From the NCBI GenBank assembly GCA_965153355.1, contig OZ231126.1, positions 49,538,001 to 49,602,000 on the forward strand: a stretch of DNA of 64,000 bases. The letters run 5' to 3'. The stretch is from Flaccisagitta enflata. Taxonomy: Eukaryota. The translations under genes and the position numbers were made by a program. The stretch's first letter is position 1. Each line of letters begins with the position of its first letter. Positions 52,149 through 64,000 of the stretch are shown one piece after another. A model generated the notes under the pieces. The model was not told the origin of the DNA and ran no database searches. It saw nothing but the letters and a program-made list of their open reading frames with translations.

Positions 52149-52348
52149 TTAGTCGTGTGCACGCGACTCTATACCCCACTGTGTCTGTCCGTCCGTCGGT
52201 CTGTTTGCCGGTCACACTTTTACTTTTTTTTATCAATTTTTTTCTCATTTTAAGTCATTTAAGAGTATACTAAGTCATTCTAAGGCTCTCTAAATCATTC
52301 TAAATCAATCTGAAGTCTCGCACGTGACTCATAGGTTTGGCCTTGTTT
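52149..52348 (+). mobile_element. Compact ~200-bp HINE-like element with unexpanded AAGTCATTCT seeds
   Basis: AGTCGTGTGCACGCGACT..AAGTCATTTA/AAGTCATTCT..CGCACGTGACTCATAGGTTTGGCCTTGTT. Confidence 0.75.
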
Positions 52349-52499
52349 TCATGCGAACAGGGGAAAAATATTACGCTGATTCCTGTGACTTTTATCTGCG
52401 TGATAAGGCATTGGACAACATCCTATTGAAGCTCACCGAGATGCTGGAATGACGTAAAATTTTCTGTTTGAAGGAAAAGACAGGCAGATCAATCAATGC

Positions 52500-52676
52500 A
52501 AGGCCGGATACACGGCTACTCCAGTCGCGGGCGGGTGGGAAGGGGCCATATTTGAGGTCACTAGACCATTTGGGCAGTGAGGTCAAAGTCTAGAAAATAA
52601 AGTAAAAGTGTGACGGACCAACAGACCGACCGACCGACCAACCGACCGACAAAGTGGGAAGTCGCACGCGACTAAC
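52500..52676 (-). mobile_element. Short HINE-like element (family A)
   Basis: AAGGCCGGATACACGGCTAC..GGGGCCATATTTGAGGTCACTAGACC..(ACCG)n..GCACGCGACT. Confidence 0.75.
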
Positions 52677-54551
52677 AAGAAAATTCCTCTTCAAAAGCGC
52701 CAGACTAGCAGAATATCATCGAAATGGAGCGAATCAAGAATGTTAAAAATCGGCGTTGGGTGAAGTGGTGTGGGGAAGAACAGCAGTCTCTGGCTTCATT
52801 GATGGTAAAGATGGCATTGATGAAAAAAGCGACTTTTGCGTCGGTGAAAGTAGCCAAGGCAGTCTCAAGGATGAGGCGTCGACGATAGGAGTGGCCCAGC
52901 AGTGTGAACAGTGTGAACACTGTGGGATTGGGAAGACAGGAGTGGTAATGGCGGTAATGGTGGTGATGGTGGTAACATAGATGAAAGTAGCAAGTGAAAG
53001 TAGCCAAGGCAGTGTAAAGGATGAGGCCTCGACGGTGGGTATGGCATAGCAGTGTGGGCACAGTGGAATTGGGAAGGCGGGAGTGATAATGGTGATAGTG
53101 GGAGCATAGATGAAAGTAGCAAGTGAAAGGCAGTGTAAAGGATGAAACAGCGACGGTCGGAGTGGCGAGGCAGTGTGAGAAGGAAGAAGTGGTAAAACAG
53201 CGATGCCAGGAAGTGCCAAGGATAAGCCAAGGAAACGGAGGTATTGGCAAGGGTAGTTGAAATAAAACAGCGACAATGGTGGGAGAATGGGAGTGCTGCG
53301 GGTGATGGCAAACGATGCGGTGGAAGTGGCATGGGGGTGGTGGGTCGGTGACCAAGTAGAGGTGGCATGGTAGCGGACGCGGCGGCGGCGGCGATGCCGG
53401 CCAGTGAAAAGCAGATCGTTCAAGCGTCCTCTAAATGGGGTTCCGCACTCATTTGGGCCAAACAAACAAATCGTTACTCTGTACAAGTTAGTCGGTCCAC
53501 CACCTTTGAATAGCCACAAACGAAACTGGGAAATGATCAAACCACTCGCTTACGCCAACAATGTAAACGACGTTCATGTTTGGGGAGTCATGAAAGTAAA
53601 CTGAAGTCCTAATAGAAAATTTTGAAATGATGAAATAATCATCAATGTAAATCTGCTATTCAAATTTGTTTTCTACCATTTTTCTAAATGTATTTACCAT
53701 GTCACAATAAATCATATCGTAGATGTTTAAACTACTCTGACTGGGTATTCGCAAGCTACTATCCAGCTCGCAGATATATCTACATTGGAATGAATCATCG
53801 ATTTTGCAAGAATACCACTCCAAATCGAAAAAAAGCTACCACTTCCAGGTTAGTTCCACTTTAAAGAGCCGTTCAAACTCTTTCAAGTGCAACAAACCTC
53901 GGGTATGTGGCTCAATTTGTAAAGAAGCAGTTGTAAAAGTCAAAGTCAATGCTTTTTTCCAGATATTGATATGTCATTGCGCTAGATAGTACTGCAGAAT
54001 AGATTTTTGGAGATATGAAATTAAAGGCAAGAACTCCAAATAGAATAGTATAAAGTTATTTTGATAGTCAAGCAACTGAACATGGGCTAAAAAGTTCCAG
54101 CCGGTCAAAAGTGAATTGTGGCAACATTTGGAACGGCGCAAAAAGTTGGACGCTTTTAACATCTGGTTCCGCGTTGAACCTCGGCTTGATTTTACCTCCG
54201 GTGTGATTTCAAGTATCATTTACCACAAAACGACTTGTTTCTGTTTTGTGCGGAGGCACAAAATCAACTCAAGTTTGTCAGTTGTGGTGATTTTATAGTG
54301 TATCACGTTTTGATAGTCAGAGCTAATGCCTTAGAGCACCATTGTTTGGAAATGGCCAAGAAGGAATATCATCACTAAATTAGTAACCAATCTGTCAATG
54401 TTTTCAACTTGATGCCAAAGCGAATGATTGGCTAGCAATAAGCAAATCATCATATCAATTCAAAACAGAGTGATATGTATACATAGCTAAGAGTATTTTC
54501 AATTAAGAAGCAAGAATCTACAATTCTTAGTCGTGTGCACATGATTCTATA

Positions 54552-55039
54552 CAGTCAGCGGACAAAATACAATAGGTATATATATCACTCGGCTGGTTTT
54601 GATCCAACCCACTGATGTTGAACAGAATGCTGTAAACAACAACTGGTTGTTGAAATTACAGCCGGCTGTTAAGTTACAAAGTTGGCAAAAATCCAACTTC
54701 CACCAAATAGAATGAGACCTGCAGATTCATAATCCTGATAAAATTCTAAGAAATTTGATATGTCACAACATATACTTTTACATGAAAATAAAAAAAATTT
54801 ATCATTGTTTAATCTAATTATAACGCAATGTTAAAAAAAATATTTTTTATAAAAAATATTAAAAGTGACATATCAAACTTCTTAGAATTTCATTAGGAGT
54901 ATGAATCTGCAGGTCGCATTCTATTTTGGAAAAATTGGATTTTTGCCAACATTGTAATTGAACAGCCGGCTGTAATTTCAACAACCAGTTGTTGTTTAAA
55001 GCATTCTGTTCAACATCAGTGTGTTTTGTCCGCTGACTG
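54552..55039. mobile_element. Foldback Tc1/mariner-like MITE inserted into a HINE
   Basis: TA|CAGTCAGCGGACAAAA ... TTTTGTCCGCTGACTG|TA with arms 54610-54770 vs 54860-55022. Removal restores GATTCTATAACCCGCT of a HINE head starting at 54528. Confidence 0.88.
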
Positions 55040-57373
55040 TATAACCCGCTATCCATCGGTCCGTCGGTCGGTCGGTCGGTCGGTCGGTCTGTGACACTTT
55101 CCTTCGATGTTCACGGGTGTATAATACATATACATATGTCACTATACCCAAACTAATCTCTGCTCCCGCCAAAATGTCTGCTGAACCTTATCACTGCCCC
55201 TGCCCGCTTGCAAGCGTGCAGGGGCAACATGATACAATATACAATTCTCTCTTATTTTCTTTCTTTTTGTTTCATTGAGCACAAAATTGTTCTCTTTTGT
55301 TCGCCTTGAAAATTGTTTTCTTTTGCTCTGCAGGCTACATTTGCCCCGTCATTGGCCTGCTTTATCACCGAAGTAACTCTTCGAACAAATTCCCGGCACT
55401 AATGAGCCGGGCAAAAGGCAGTTAGGCACATGTCTATCTTTTCCTCTCATTTGAACTTTCCTTACCCCCCCCCCCCTCTTTCCTTTTCCTGAATTTGCTC
55501 TCTTTTTTCCTTTTATCTGTTTTCTTTCATTTTATCTTTCTTCATTCTTCAGTCTCGTATCTTCACTGCAAATCACTCTGTGCTCTTCTATTTTCTGTGC
55601 TCTTCTATTTTCCTATCTGTAAGTTTATTTTCATGACTTTGCATCAAGCAGTCAGTCTCTTTGTAAGGGACAAAATCTTGCATACCCTCACAATTCCAAG
55701 CGCAAGCCCATCCTCACCATGGCGAAGTGGTCCTTGGTCTAGGAAGGGTTACTTGGGGCACTTGGGCACACCTGCCTTGTCTTGAAGGAAGAATGAGTCT
55801 TGGATATTGATGAAGTTGTATTGCATCTAGGAGAGGGAACAGGCTCGAAGTAGTTACGGTGTTGATGGTTGATAAACGGTGTTGATTATTGAAGACTACG
55901 CGGACAGCTATACTACCCTATACAGGGGCCCCAGTGATACCTCATACAATGTAAGGAAAAGGAGAGAATATGATTAATGATGCATCGGCGTATAAGAATG
56001 ACAATAAGGTCAATGATCACTGGGACTGATATTATGACAGTTAATGAGCTTACAATAATTGAAGCTATGACTACTTCACGGTAATATTCATCAGATTCTT
56101 CCATGGCATTGGTAGAGTCCAGCCATGCTACTTTTACAGTTTTTCATCCCTTACATACTTCCCCTCGTCGGCTACATACGTCCTCGGATGTAAAATTACG
56201 ACGAAACAAATACAACATGAAAAATCGGATGAAAAACATACAAGCCGAGAGGAGAAGTGACAAATTGTCTGTTTTTACTTGTCTATCAACATTTCAATTG
56301 CGTAATTCAATGTGAAAGTTCGATGAGGAGACAAAACAGCGATCCACCAGTATCCAGAGTGAAAGAGAGTAACTTATCCATCTTGACATTGTAAACGTAA
56401 GTGGCGATGTCGGATATCTCCTTGAGATGACGGAAATATCTATGAGTTTCTTTGTCTTCTTAGAATCGGTAGAAGGCTGTGAAGATGAAGATGAAGACTG
56501 CATAACCGTTGGCGACGGTAACACAGACAAAGATAGCGGCGTGCAGATATTGCCTATCTGTTGGCGACAGATAGAGCAAAAGGTGAGACGACCCGGAATA
56601 TATTGACGGCTATTGGCGACTATGACCGCCCATTGGCGAAGGACAGCCAAAGATGGGGAGAGAGAACTGGATCCAATGGCGTCCGTGATGCGTCCACGGC
56701 GCATACGAGATTTGAGACGGAGGTGGAATAGTTGCGATGTCGACCGGAAAACGTCGTCTCATTGTCGTCGTTTTCATATGTCGTCTTCGTCGTCGTCGTC
56801 TTCATCGTTGTCGTTTTCATCGTCGTCGTCGTCGTGGTTAGGGAAAGGATCAATACGAAAGAAGGTAGATTCAATGGGAAAGGAGGTAGGAGAAGATATT
56901 CTAAAATGTCTTTGAATGTTGCTGTGTATCAGTAATGGTCAGAGGGGGGGGCGTATGAGAGGGTATAAGGGAATCGCGCGGAACCAGCGTTGCGTTAAAT
57001 AAATGTGCAGGAACAACGCTTTTTGGCGTTTTAGGCGATGAATCACGGGATGGAATCGGCGTAGGATTGATGAATAAACGGGGAGGATCGGGAAACGCAT
57101 TTTGCCGAAGGGAATCGCGGAACGGAAATTGCGCGGTTAGGACAGACGGGCCAGGCCGAGATGAAAAGGGATTGCGCAGGACGGGCATCGCGCTTATATC
57201 TAAGGGGACGTAGACGTATACAGTACGTTTAGTTCAATGACGGCTTTTTTGGAGGCTCCCCTCATAGTCACACCTTTGCACAAACTCGCATAATCTATAT
57301 ATTTTCTTAAAGCTTACACTTGACTTTGTTGCCTGAAAAAATTTCAGCCATATCGGAGCAACTTTACTTTGAG

Positions 57374-57487
57374 AAAAAGAAATTCGAGGGTTTCCCCCCG
57401 GGTTTGAACTCGCGGCCTAACAAATAGAACATTTGTCATCTTGAAAAATAAAGTTCAGCGCGTTAACCGCTGGACTAAACCGCGAGC
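57374..57487 (-). promoter_or_regulatory. tRNA-like Pol III type-2 cassette in left TIR
   Basis: Minus strand: A box TAGTCCAGCGG (57477-57467), B box GAGTTCAAACC (57411-57401), T5 run (57378-57374). Confidence 0.55.
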
Positions 57488-57807
57488 ACATATACGAAGA
57501 GAATTTTCTTTATTTTAAATCCAAACTGATTGATTCGAATGAGCGCTGCCGAGTTTTGCGAGACAAACATTTCGAAAGCGATGATTCGAGACCGAGCGGT
57601 GCGGAAACCTTTCGTCTTTGAAAGCTTACCAAATCTGCTAGAATTACGATAGAAACATGCGGATTTCACCATTGGAAAGCTCTTGAGCAGCTCTATATGA
57701 TGATCATGAATATCTATCATATCCGTTATCTAAAAAAAATACGCGATTAACTTTACATCGAGCAAATTTGGTCATGAAAAAGGAAAGACTTTGCAACGGA
57801 TGCTTCT

Positions 57808-57813
<6 letters not shown>

Positions 57814-57896
<83 letters not shown>

Positions 57897-58205
57897 CGTG
57901 CGCATGTGTGTGTGTGCGTGTGTGTGTTCGTGCGCGTGTGTGTGTTTGTGCGCGCTCGTGTGTTTGTGCGCGTGTGTGTGTTCGTGCGCGTGTGTGTGTT
58001 CGTGCGTGTGTGTGTATTCGTGCGTGTGTGTGTGTGTGTTTGTGCGTGTGTGTGTGTGTGTGTTCGTGCGTGTGTGTGTGTTTGTGCGTGTGTGTGTGTG
58101 TTTGTGCGTGTGTGTGTTCATGCGTGAGCGTGCATGTTCGTGCCTATGCGTGTGTGTGCGTGTGTGTTTGTGCGTATGCGTGTGTGTGTGTATGCATGTG
58201 TGTAG
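57814..58205. repeat. (TG)n/(TGCG) compound microsatellite
   Basis: Direct reading. Confidence 0.98.
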
Positions 58206-58279
58206 GCGTTTTAATATGTAAAGAAAGAAACAGACGGACGAACGGACAAAGCCTCTTATAAAGTCAATAGTCTCCGATT

Positions 58280-58474
58280 AAACAAGGCCGGATACACGGC
58301 TACCGAAGTCGCGTGCGGGTGGGCAGGGGCCATATTTGAGGTCACTAAACCATTTGGGCAGGAGCGGTGACGTCAAAAAAATAAAATCATAAAAAAAAGT
58401 AAAGTGTGACCGACCGACCGACCTACCGACCGACGGACAAAGCGGGTTGTAGAGTCGCGTGCACGCGACTAAAA
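58280..58474 (-). mobile_element. Short HINE-like element (family A), near-consensus full-length copy
   Basis: AACAAGGCCGGATACACGGCTACCGAAGTCGCGTGCGGG ... GCGGGTTGTAGAGTCGCGTGCACGCGACTAAAA. Confidence 0.85.
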
Positions 58475-59599
58475 AGAGAAAGGGAGAAAAGCAGAACAAA
58501 AGAGAGAAAACGATAGGATGAGAGAATGAGGAAACCGGGAACACCTTTAGAGAGGAAGGAAGGAAAGAACAAAGGAAGGAAATTGAGGAAGGAAAAGAAG
58601 GAAGACGTAACCCGGGGCTACACTATTATCAGGTGGAAGGGGGTTGGGGAAGGCAGTGACTAAAATGTTAGTTTCTCACTATAGCTCGTGATATGGACCC
58701 ATGCACCCATGGAGAGGTAAACGAAGCCGCGTTAAGAGATTAATCAAAACGCGCGGTAGACAAGTGAACACTAAACGCTTCGTAGGCACACAGGCAAGTA
58801 TCCACGAAACGGATACACGGCAAGACAGTTGCACGGCTGGGCAGGGACCGTAATGCAAAAATCAAACGCACTTCAAAAATATTTGTAACCAAGCGACCAA
58901 CACAGCAAGGTGAAAGCAAGTGTTACCGACCAACAGACCAACAGACTGTTTGCTGAACGGGCGCACGAATGTCATCAATCAAAAGATTTTTTCCCCTTAT
59001 TTATGGTTGTGGACACGCAACTCTATGCGAGGCTTGGTCCGTCTGTCGGTCGGTCTGTCGGTCTGTCTGTTGGTCTGTCGGTCCATTGGTCCTTCATGGT
59101 GATTGAGTTGAAAAGTAAGAAAACGAACCTTTTCAATACATTTTGTGTATGTTTGAGTGTTAGGGGTGGGTTGGGGTGTGGATGGGGGTTGGATGCCCCT
59201 GCCCACCTGTCCGCAATGTCATTGTGACCCCGTGTCACTTGTTCATGAACGCCTTCCCCACGCTTTCTCACCCCTGTATACATCTTGTTTATAAGTCTCT
59301 GTAACTCTACCAATAAAGGCGGCTTTCGCCGACTGGAAAAAAATTGTAAACCTATTTTTTTTTCATTCAATTTTTCCCTTTAACCTTTCCTTTTTCTTTT
59401 GATTCAAACTAGCAAAAGCTCCCTCAATTACAAGCTACAACACTGCTTTTCATGCAGGCAAGCTTAGTTAAAAATCAAAACATATTTTCTTGATTAGTTT
59501 TTTTTTTTTAATTTTAAAAGAGTTTTTTATCATTTAAGCAGGATTGCTGTTTTCTCTAATCTTATATCAAAATAACATAAACAACAGGTTGCTGGCATA

Positions 59600-60040
59600 C
59601 ACTTTTTTTTTATAAGAGACAACATTTTTTGACTCAGCCTGGGTTCTTTTAAATTTTTTGCCATTTTGATGCTCAAATTTTCTTAAATTGTTCTTAATTC
59701 ATCAATGTGTAAAAAGTATGTAAATACATTATCTAGTAATGTTTTACAAATCTTCAGTAATAATGTGCTCAGTACTTACTTAAATTCAGATATCTTGCTT
59801 AATGTGACAAATGAAATAAAAAAATAATTGTTTTTCAGAAAAATTACTAATTAGAATTTGAATGATTGTAATAAAGATATTTTGACCAAATTTCCTAAAA
59901 AATTCTAAATCTGAATCTCGGCCCGGGCTTTCTCTTATTTTGTTCTTAAAATTTGGGCAAATCTTTGGCTTATGTCCCTTATAAACTGGTTTTGCATAAA
60001 AAGGAAAAAATGACTGATCTCTTATAAAAATAAAAAAGTG
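59600..60040. mobile_element. MITE with TA TSD, related to 2990-3703
   Basis: TA|CACTTTTTTTTTATAAGAGA ... TCTCTTATAAAAATAAAAAAGTG|TA. Confidence 0.75.
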
Positions 60041-61719
60041 TAGACCAAAAGGTCTCATAATGATTGCAGATCTTGTATCTCCACCTTAATCTGTACTTCA
60101 GTGATACAGATTTGCTAATTAAAAAAAATAAAAAAAAAAACAATTTATTTCGTATACTTCAAAAAGTCGAAATATATGATTTGACTTTTTTCAAAAAAAA
60201 CCGCTTATGTCTCTTGGTTGGTGGGACAGTTTCTCCGTCAGTCGGCAGTCGATGGCCCGTTTTACACATTACTGCTCTTGCCCAAGTGCTTTATTCGTTG
60301 ATATCACTGCCCCTGCCCACCGGCACGCGATTTGGGTAGCCTTGTATCCCGCCTTTGAATGGACCCACAGACTCATGGACACATGCACCCAAGCTACTAA
60401 TTTTTTTTTTTTAAATGAAAAAATGCGAGAGAGAAAAAAAAATATAGGAAATAAAAGAAAAACATTTTTTTCTTTAACATAACCCCTACCGTCACCATCA
60501 CCTCCTCCTCCTCCTCCACACAGCGGGACTTTCCCGGCCAGTCTCCGTCAGCCCAATCAGCCGACATACAAATGGACACAGCATCCTATATACATGTGTA
60601 TACGTGCGTAGGCGCACTTTTGTTTTTGGTTTTGCGCAAATATTTACCGGGTCCTCCGATTTACGTAACTGATTTTCCTCTTTTTTCTTGTTACATCTGT
60701 TGGGCTCGCAGAATTTGGCAAAACCACGCGAATGAAAAAAAAGACCTGTTCATTTATATATTCATATATATTCATATATGTTTACTGATAGAATAGACAG
60801 AAAGAACTGCTCAAACCATGCTTCTTAAGACGGCGTCCCTCCAACGGCAACATTTGTGTTTCAAAGATGGTCAAGATGGAAAAAATATATTCATTTATAA
60901 AGGAAAATAGAAAAACAAATGAATGAAAGTGATAGAGAGGGCTCAAACATAATATCAATAAGAAAATTTTGCATTTATTAAGCAAGAGGACCAAGTTTAA
61001 GCAATATTACTAAAAGAAAATTATTGAAAATTTCTATTTTTTTTGTTTGTTTTTTTTTGTCACTGACAGAGGAATGGTTGAAAATCTAAATTTGAATAGA
61101 GAATGGAAAATGAAAAAATAGTTCCTTTTCAAAATCGATCACAGAGAGAGTTGTCTTTCAAAATACAAAATTTCCCCGAGTTTCTTTTTTTTTTTAATTC
61201 CAACCTCAAAAAAAAAAAAAAAAATGTAAATAAAAATTGATTAAGAATCGTCTATTTCCTGCTTGTTTTCATGTGAATTGCTTAGTTCCAATTTCATTTT
61301 AGAATATGATAAAATTGTTTGCACAAAGAATCTTTGGGGACAATTTGTTCATTTAAAGCATTCCAGCTTCATTACTGTCCTTATAATGATGCAAAAAATA
61401 TGGTGAAACACTTAATCTTCCCTCAAAAACTTGCCGTCTTAAGTTGCGTGGACGGCGCGGCAGGAAGGGAGGAATGAAGGTGGGAAGAAAAGAATGGAGG
61501 AAGGAAAATTTTGATAGAGGGTTTTAAAAAGTGCAAAAGTTTGAGCTACCACATTAATATGAATGTCGACTGAATGAATGAATGAATATTGAATGAATGA
61601 ATATTGAATGAATGAATGAATAAATGAATGAATTTGATTTATGATTGCAAACAAGAATAAAAATGTGTGAAATTGTTAAAAACCTGCTTTGACGGATGGC
61701 AGTCAAGGTCAAATGTATG

Positions 61720-62775
61720 TTTTAATATCGAATGTTCGTTTTACTTTAGAATGATTATGTTTGAATATCAAATGTTTATGTTTTGACATTTAATATTTAT
61801 GTTTTGATATCCAATATTTATGATTCAATATCGAATGTTAATGTTTTAATATTGAATCTTTGTCTTTATATCTGATATTTGTGTTTTAATACTAAATGTC
61901 TATGTTCAATATCGAATGTTTATGTTCAATATCGAATGTTTATGTTTTGATGTCGAATGTTTATGTTTATATAATAATGTTTATGTTTATGTTTATATTG
62001 AATGTTTGTGTTTTGATATAGAATGTTTGATATCTAATATATATGTTTAGATATTGAATGTTTGTTTCAATATCAAATGGTTTTTTTTTTCAATATTGAA
62101 TGTTTACCTTTTAACATTGAATATCTATGTTCCAATATCGAATCTTTGTATCAATATTGAATGTTTATGGCTGGTATCAAACATCTGTTTTAATATCGGA
62201 TGTTTATGTTTTCATATCGAAAGTTTGTGTTTTAGTATCGAATGTTCGTGTTTTAGTATCAAATGTTATATATTTCGATATTCGATATTTCAAAATGTTA
62301 TCTATTTCGAATTCGGCATGAGTTGGCACCAACGTATCTTTTGCCAAATTTCAGAGCAGTGTCGGACGCTCTCGCTTTACTGACGGCTTTGCCTCTACCG
62401 CTATAAGACAATGGAATGACAGGCCTGATAGCATCAAGTCAACCAGTGGATTTCAAGTTTTTAAGCTAAAACTTAAAGATAATCTGCTTTCGCAGTATGG
62501 TTGATTTTTTACGGATATTTTTTACGGATTTTTACGGACTTGAAACAGTTTTGATTTACGGAGTTTTGAATTCTTATCTTTTTATGAATTTACTTTTAAA
62601 GGGACCCTGTTGGAAAAAAGTTGATTACGACTTTTACAGGCTATCCCTCGAGGCAAGCAGCTTTACAATCCCTTTTGTAATTATCTTGTTTCGTAAATAA
62701 AATTCATTCATTCATTGTTTATGTTTCAATATTGAATGTTAACATTCTAATAACAAATGTTTTTGTTTCATTTTG
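61720..62775. repeat. Degenerate ~21-bp AT-rich minisatellite (ATCGAATGTTTATGTTTTAAT)n interrupted by a LINE fragment
   Basis: Direct reading; the array resumes after 62716. Confidence 0.85.
62315..62716 (+). mobile_element. 5'-truncated LINE (CR1/L2-like) 3' end
   Basis: HELAPTYLLPNF.. then FASTAIRQWNDRPDSIKSTSGFQVFKLKLKDNLLSQYG* (stop 62502-62504), a typical ORF2 C-terminal WN..P / FK.KLK pattern. Followed by a 3' UTR, AATAAA and an (ATTC)3 tail. Confidence 0.75.
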
Positions 62776-62966
62776 AATGGTAGCGTTCTGTTTTTATTAT
62801 TTATTGTTGTGGTTGTCAATGTTGTTATTTTTGTTGTGGTAATTGAGGATGTTGTTTCTAGTATATTTCTAATTCATAAATTTCTTAATCGAATATTTTC
62901 GCGGCAAAATGATGTTCAGATTTCTGTTTTCAAAGGAAACGTTATAGAGATATTGACGGAATATTG

Positions 62967-63047
<81 letters not shown>

Positions 63048-63393
63048 CACCGTCACCGTCACCGTCACCGTCACCGTCACCGTCACCGTCACAGTCAGTG
63101 TCAGTGTCAGTATCCGCATGAACCAAATGATTCATTTTAATTAAATTGACACATGTACGTGTACTTTTACAAGATCAAAATAGGAAATCAATCATTTCAT
63201 TATGTAGAGCTTCTCATGGTCTATCTGATGGTGAAATCCGCATGCTTCTATCTTTCTTAGTTCGCGTTTGGCAACCTGTCAAAGACGAAAGGTGTTCGTC
63301 ACGAATCTCCGATTTCAAAATGTTCGTTTCGCCGTTTCGTTTGCGAAGGAAGCAAAAAGGAATTTAATCAATGACTTTACTTGGGCTGTCATT

Positions 63394-63515
63394 GCTCGCG
63401 GTTTGGTCTAGTGGTTAACGCGCTTGACATTAGTTGGAAATGTTTCTTATTGCTGGTGACATTTCTTTGTTGAGCTGCGAGTTCGAACCCGGGGGAAACT
63501 ATCGAATTTCTTTTT
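63394..63515 (+). promoter_or_regulatory. tRNA-like Pol III type-2 cassette in right TIR
   Basis: A box TGGTCTAGTGG (63404-63414) followed by TTAACGCGCTTGAC, B box GAGTTCGAACC (63479-63489), T5 run (63511-63515). Confidence 0.6.
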
Positions 63516-63824
63516 CTCAAGGTTAACATGCTCCAATTGAGCTAAAATTTTTTCAGGCAACAAAGTCAAGCATGGGCTTTAAGAAAATGTATAGATTATG
63601 ACAGTTTGTGCAAAGATGTGACTATGAGGGGAGCCTCCAAAAAAGCCGTCTTTGAACTAAACGTACTGTACGAGGGATCGTGAGAATGAACCGTAATGAG
63701 CGCCATTCAAAGATGAAGCGGCGAAGTCCAACGAGATCGTTAACGAAGAGCCGCGGATTTCAATCGGTTTTAGCGCGAGCAGGCGAAGAGTCGCAAATTT
63801 CAATTGGCTTAAGCGCAAGCAGGC

Positions 63825-63864
<40 letters not shown>

Positions 63865-64000
63865 TTCGTGTGTCTGGAAAGCAAGATACTCTCAAAACTT
63901 TTCAACATTAGCGATACTTTCAAAGAACCTTTAGACGTGAGGTTTACGACCATTCCGTCTTCAATGTGGCTATAGGAAGGGCTTCGATCGAAGTTGCCAA

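Larger units (their letters stand above)
57221..63668. mobile_element. 6.4-kb non-autonomous TIR element, TA TSD (Tc1/mariner-like), ~500-bp TIRs
   Basis: TA|CAGTACGTTTAGTTCA..GACGGCTTTTTTGGAGGCTCCCCTCATAGTCACA ... TGTGACTATGAGGGGAGCCTCCAAAAAAGCCGTC..TGAACTAAACGTACTG|TA. Inverted similarity continues to ~57710 / ~63190. No transposase seen. Confidence 0.85.

Noticed and set aside
53600-54470. Possible pseudogene or TE coding remnant
   Set aside because: Only short stop-interrupted frames, with no recognisable motif.
63394-63500. Functional tRNA gene (also 57385-57487)
   Set aside because: A and B boxes are present, but the T-stem and acceptor stem do not pair and no anticodon arm can be assigned. 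Treated as a tRNA-derived cassette.

Overview
Repeat-dense animal (invertebrate-like) genomic DNA; the species cannot be named from sequence. One clear host gene lies on the minus strand: 4 exons at 13742-8301, ~980 aa. It is a secreted peritrophin/mucin-like protein with three CBM14 chitin-binding domains and a long basic HSPKKS-type tail carrying three copies of an unfamiliar 26-aa acidic motif. Most of the rest is transposon-derived. The centre of the window is a four-level nest. An AcademX-like element (18293-45707, TAG..CTA ends, CTT target duplication, XPG/PIN-nuclease pseudogene) is split in-frame by a 23.3-kb long-TIR element with an 8-bp target duplication (21090-44421). That element contains a Gypsy pol remnant with an inverted partial copy and a Chapaev-like element with a spliced transposase pseudogene (26675-32330), which itself hosts MITEs. 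A 6.4-kb TA-flanked TIR element (57221-63668) carries an outward-facing tRNA-like Pol III cassette (A box, B box, T5) in both TIRs. Many Helentron/DINE-1-like non-autonomous elements are present, and several have grown internal satellites. Most ORFs in the supplied track are microsatellite artefacts. All family assignments rest on manual motif and end-structure recognition, not database searches.
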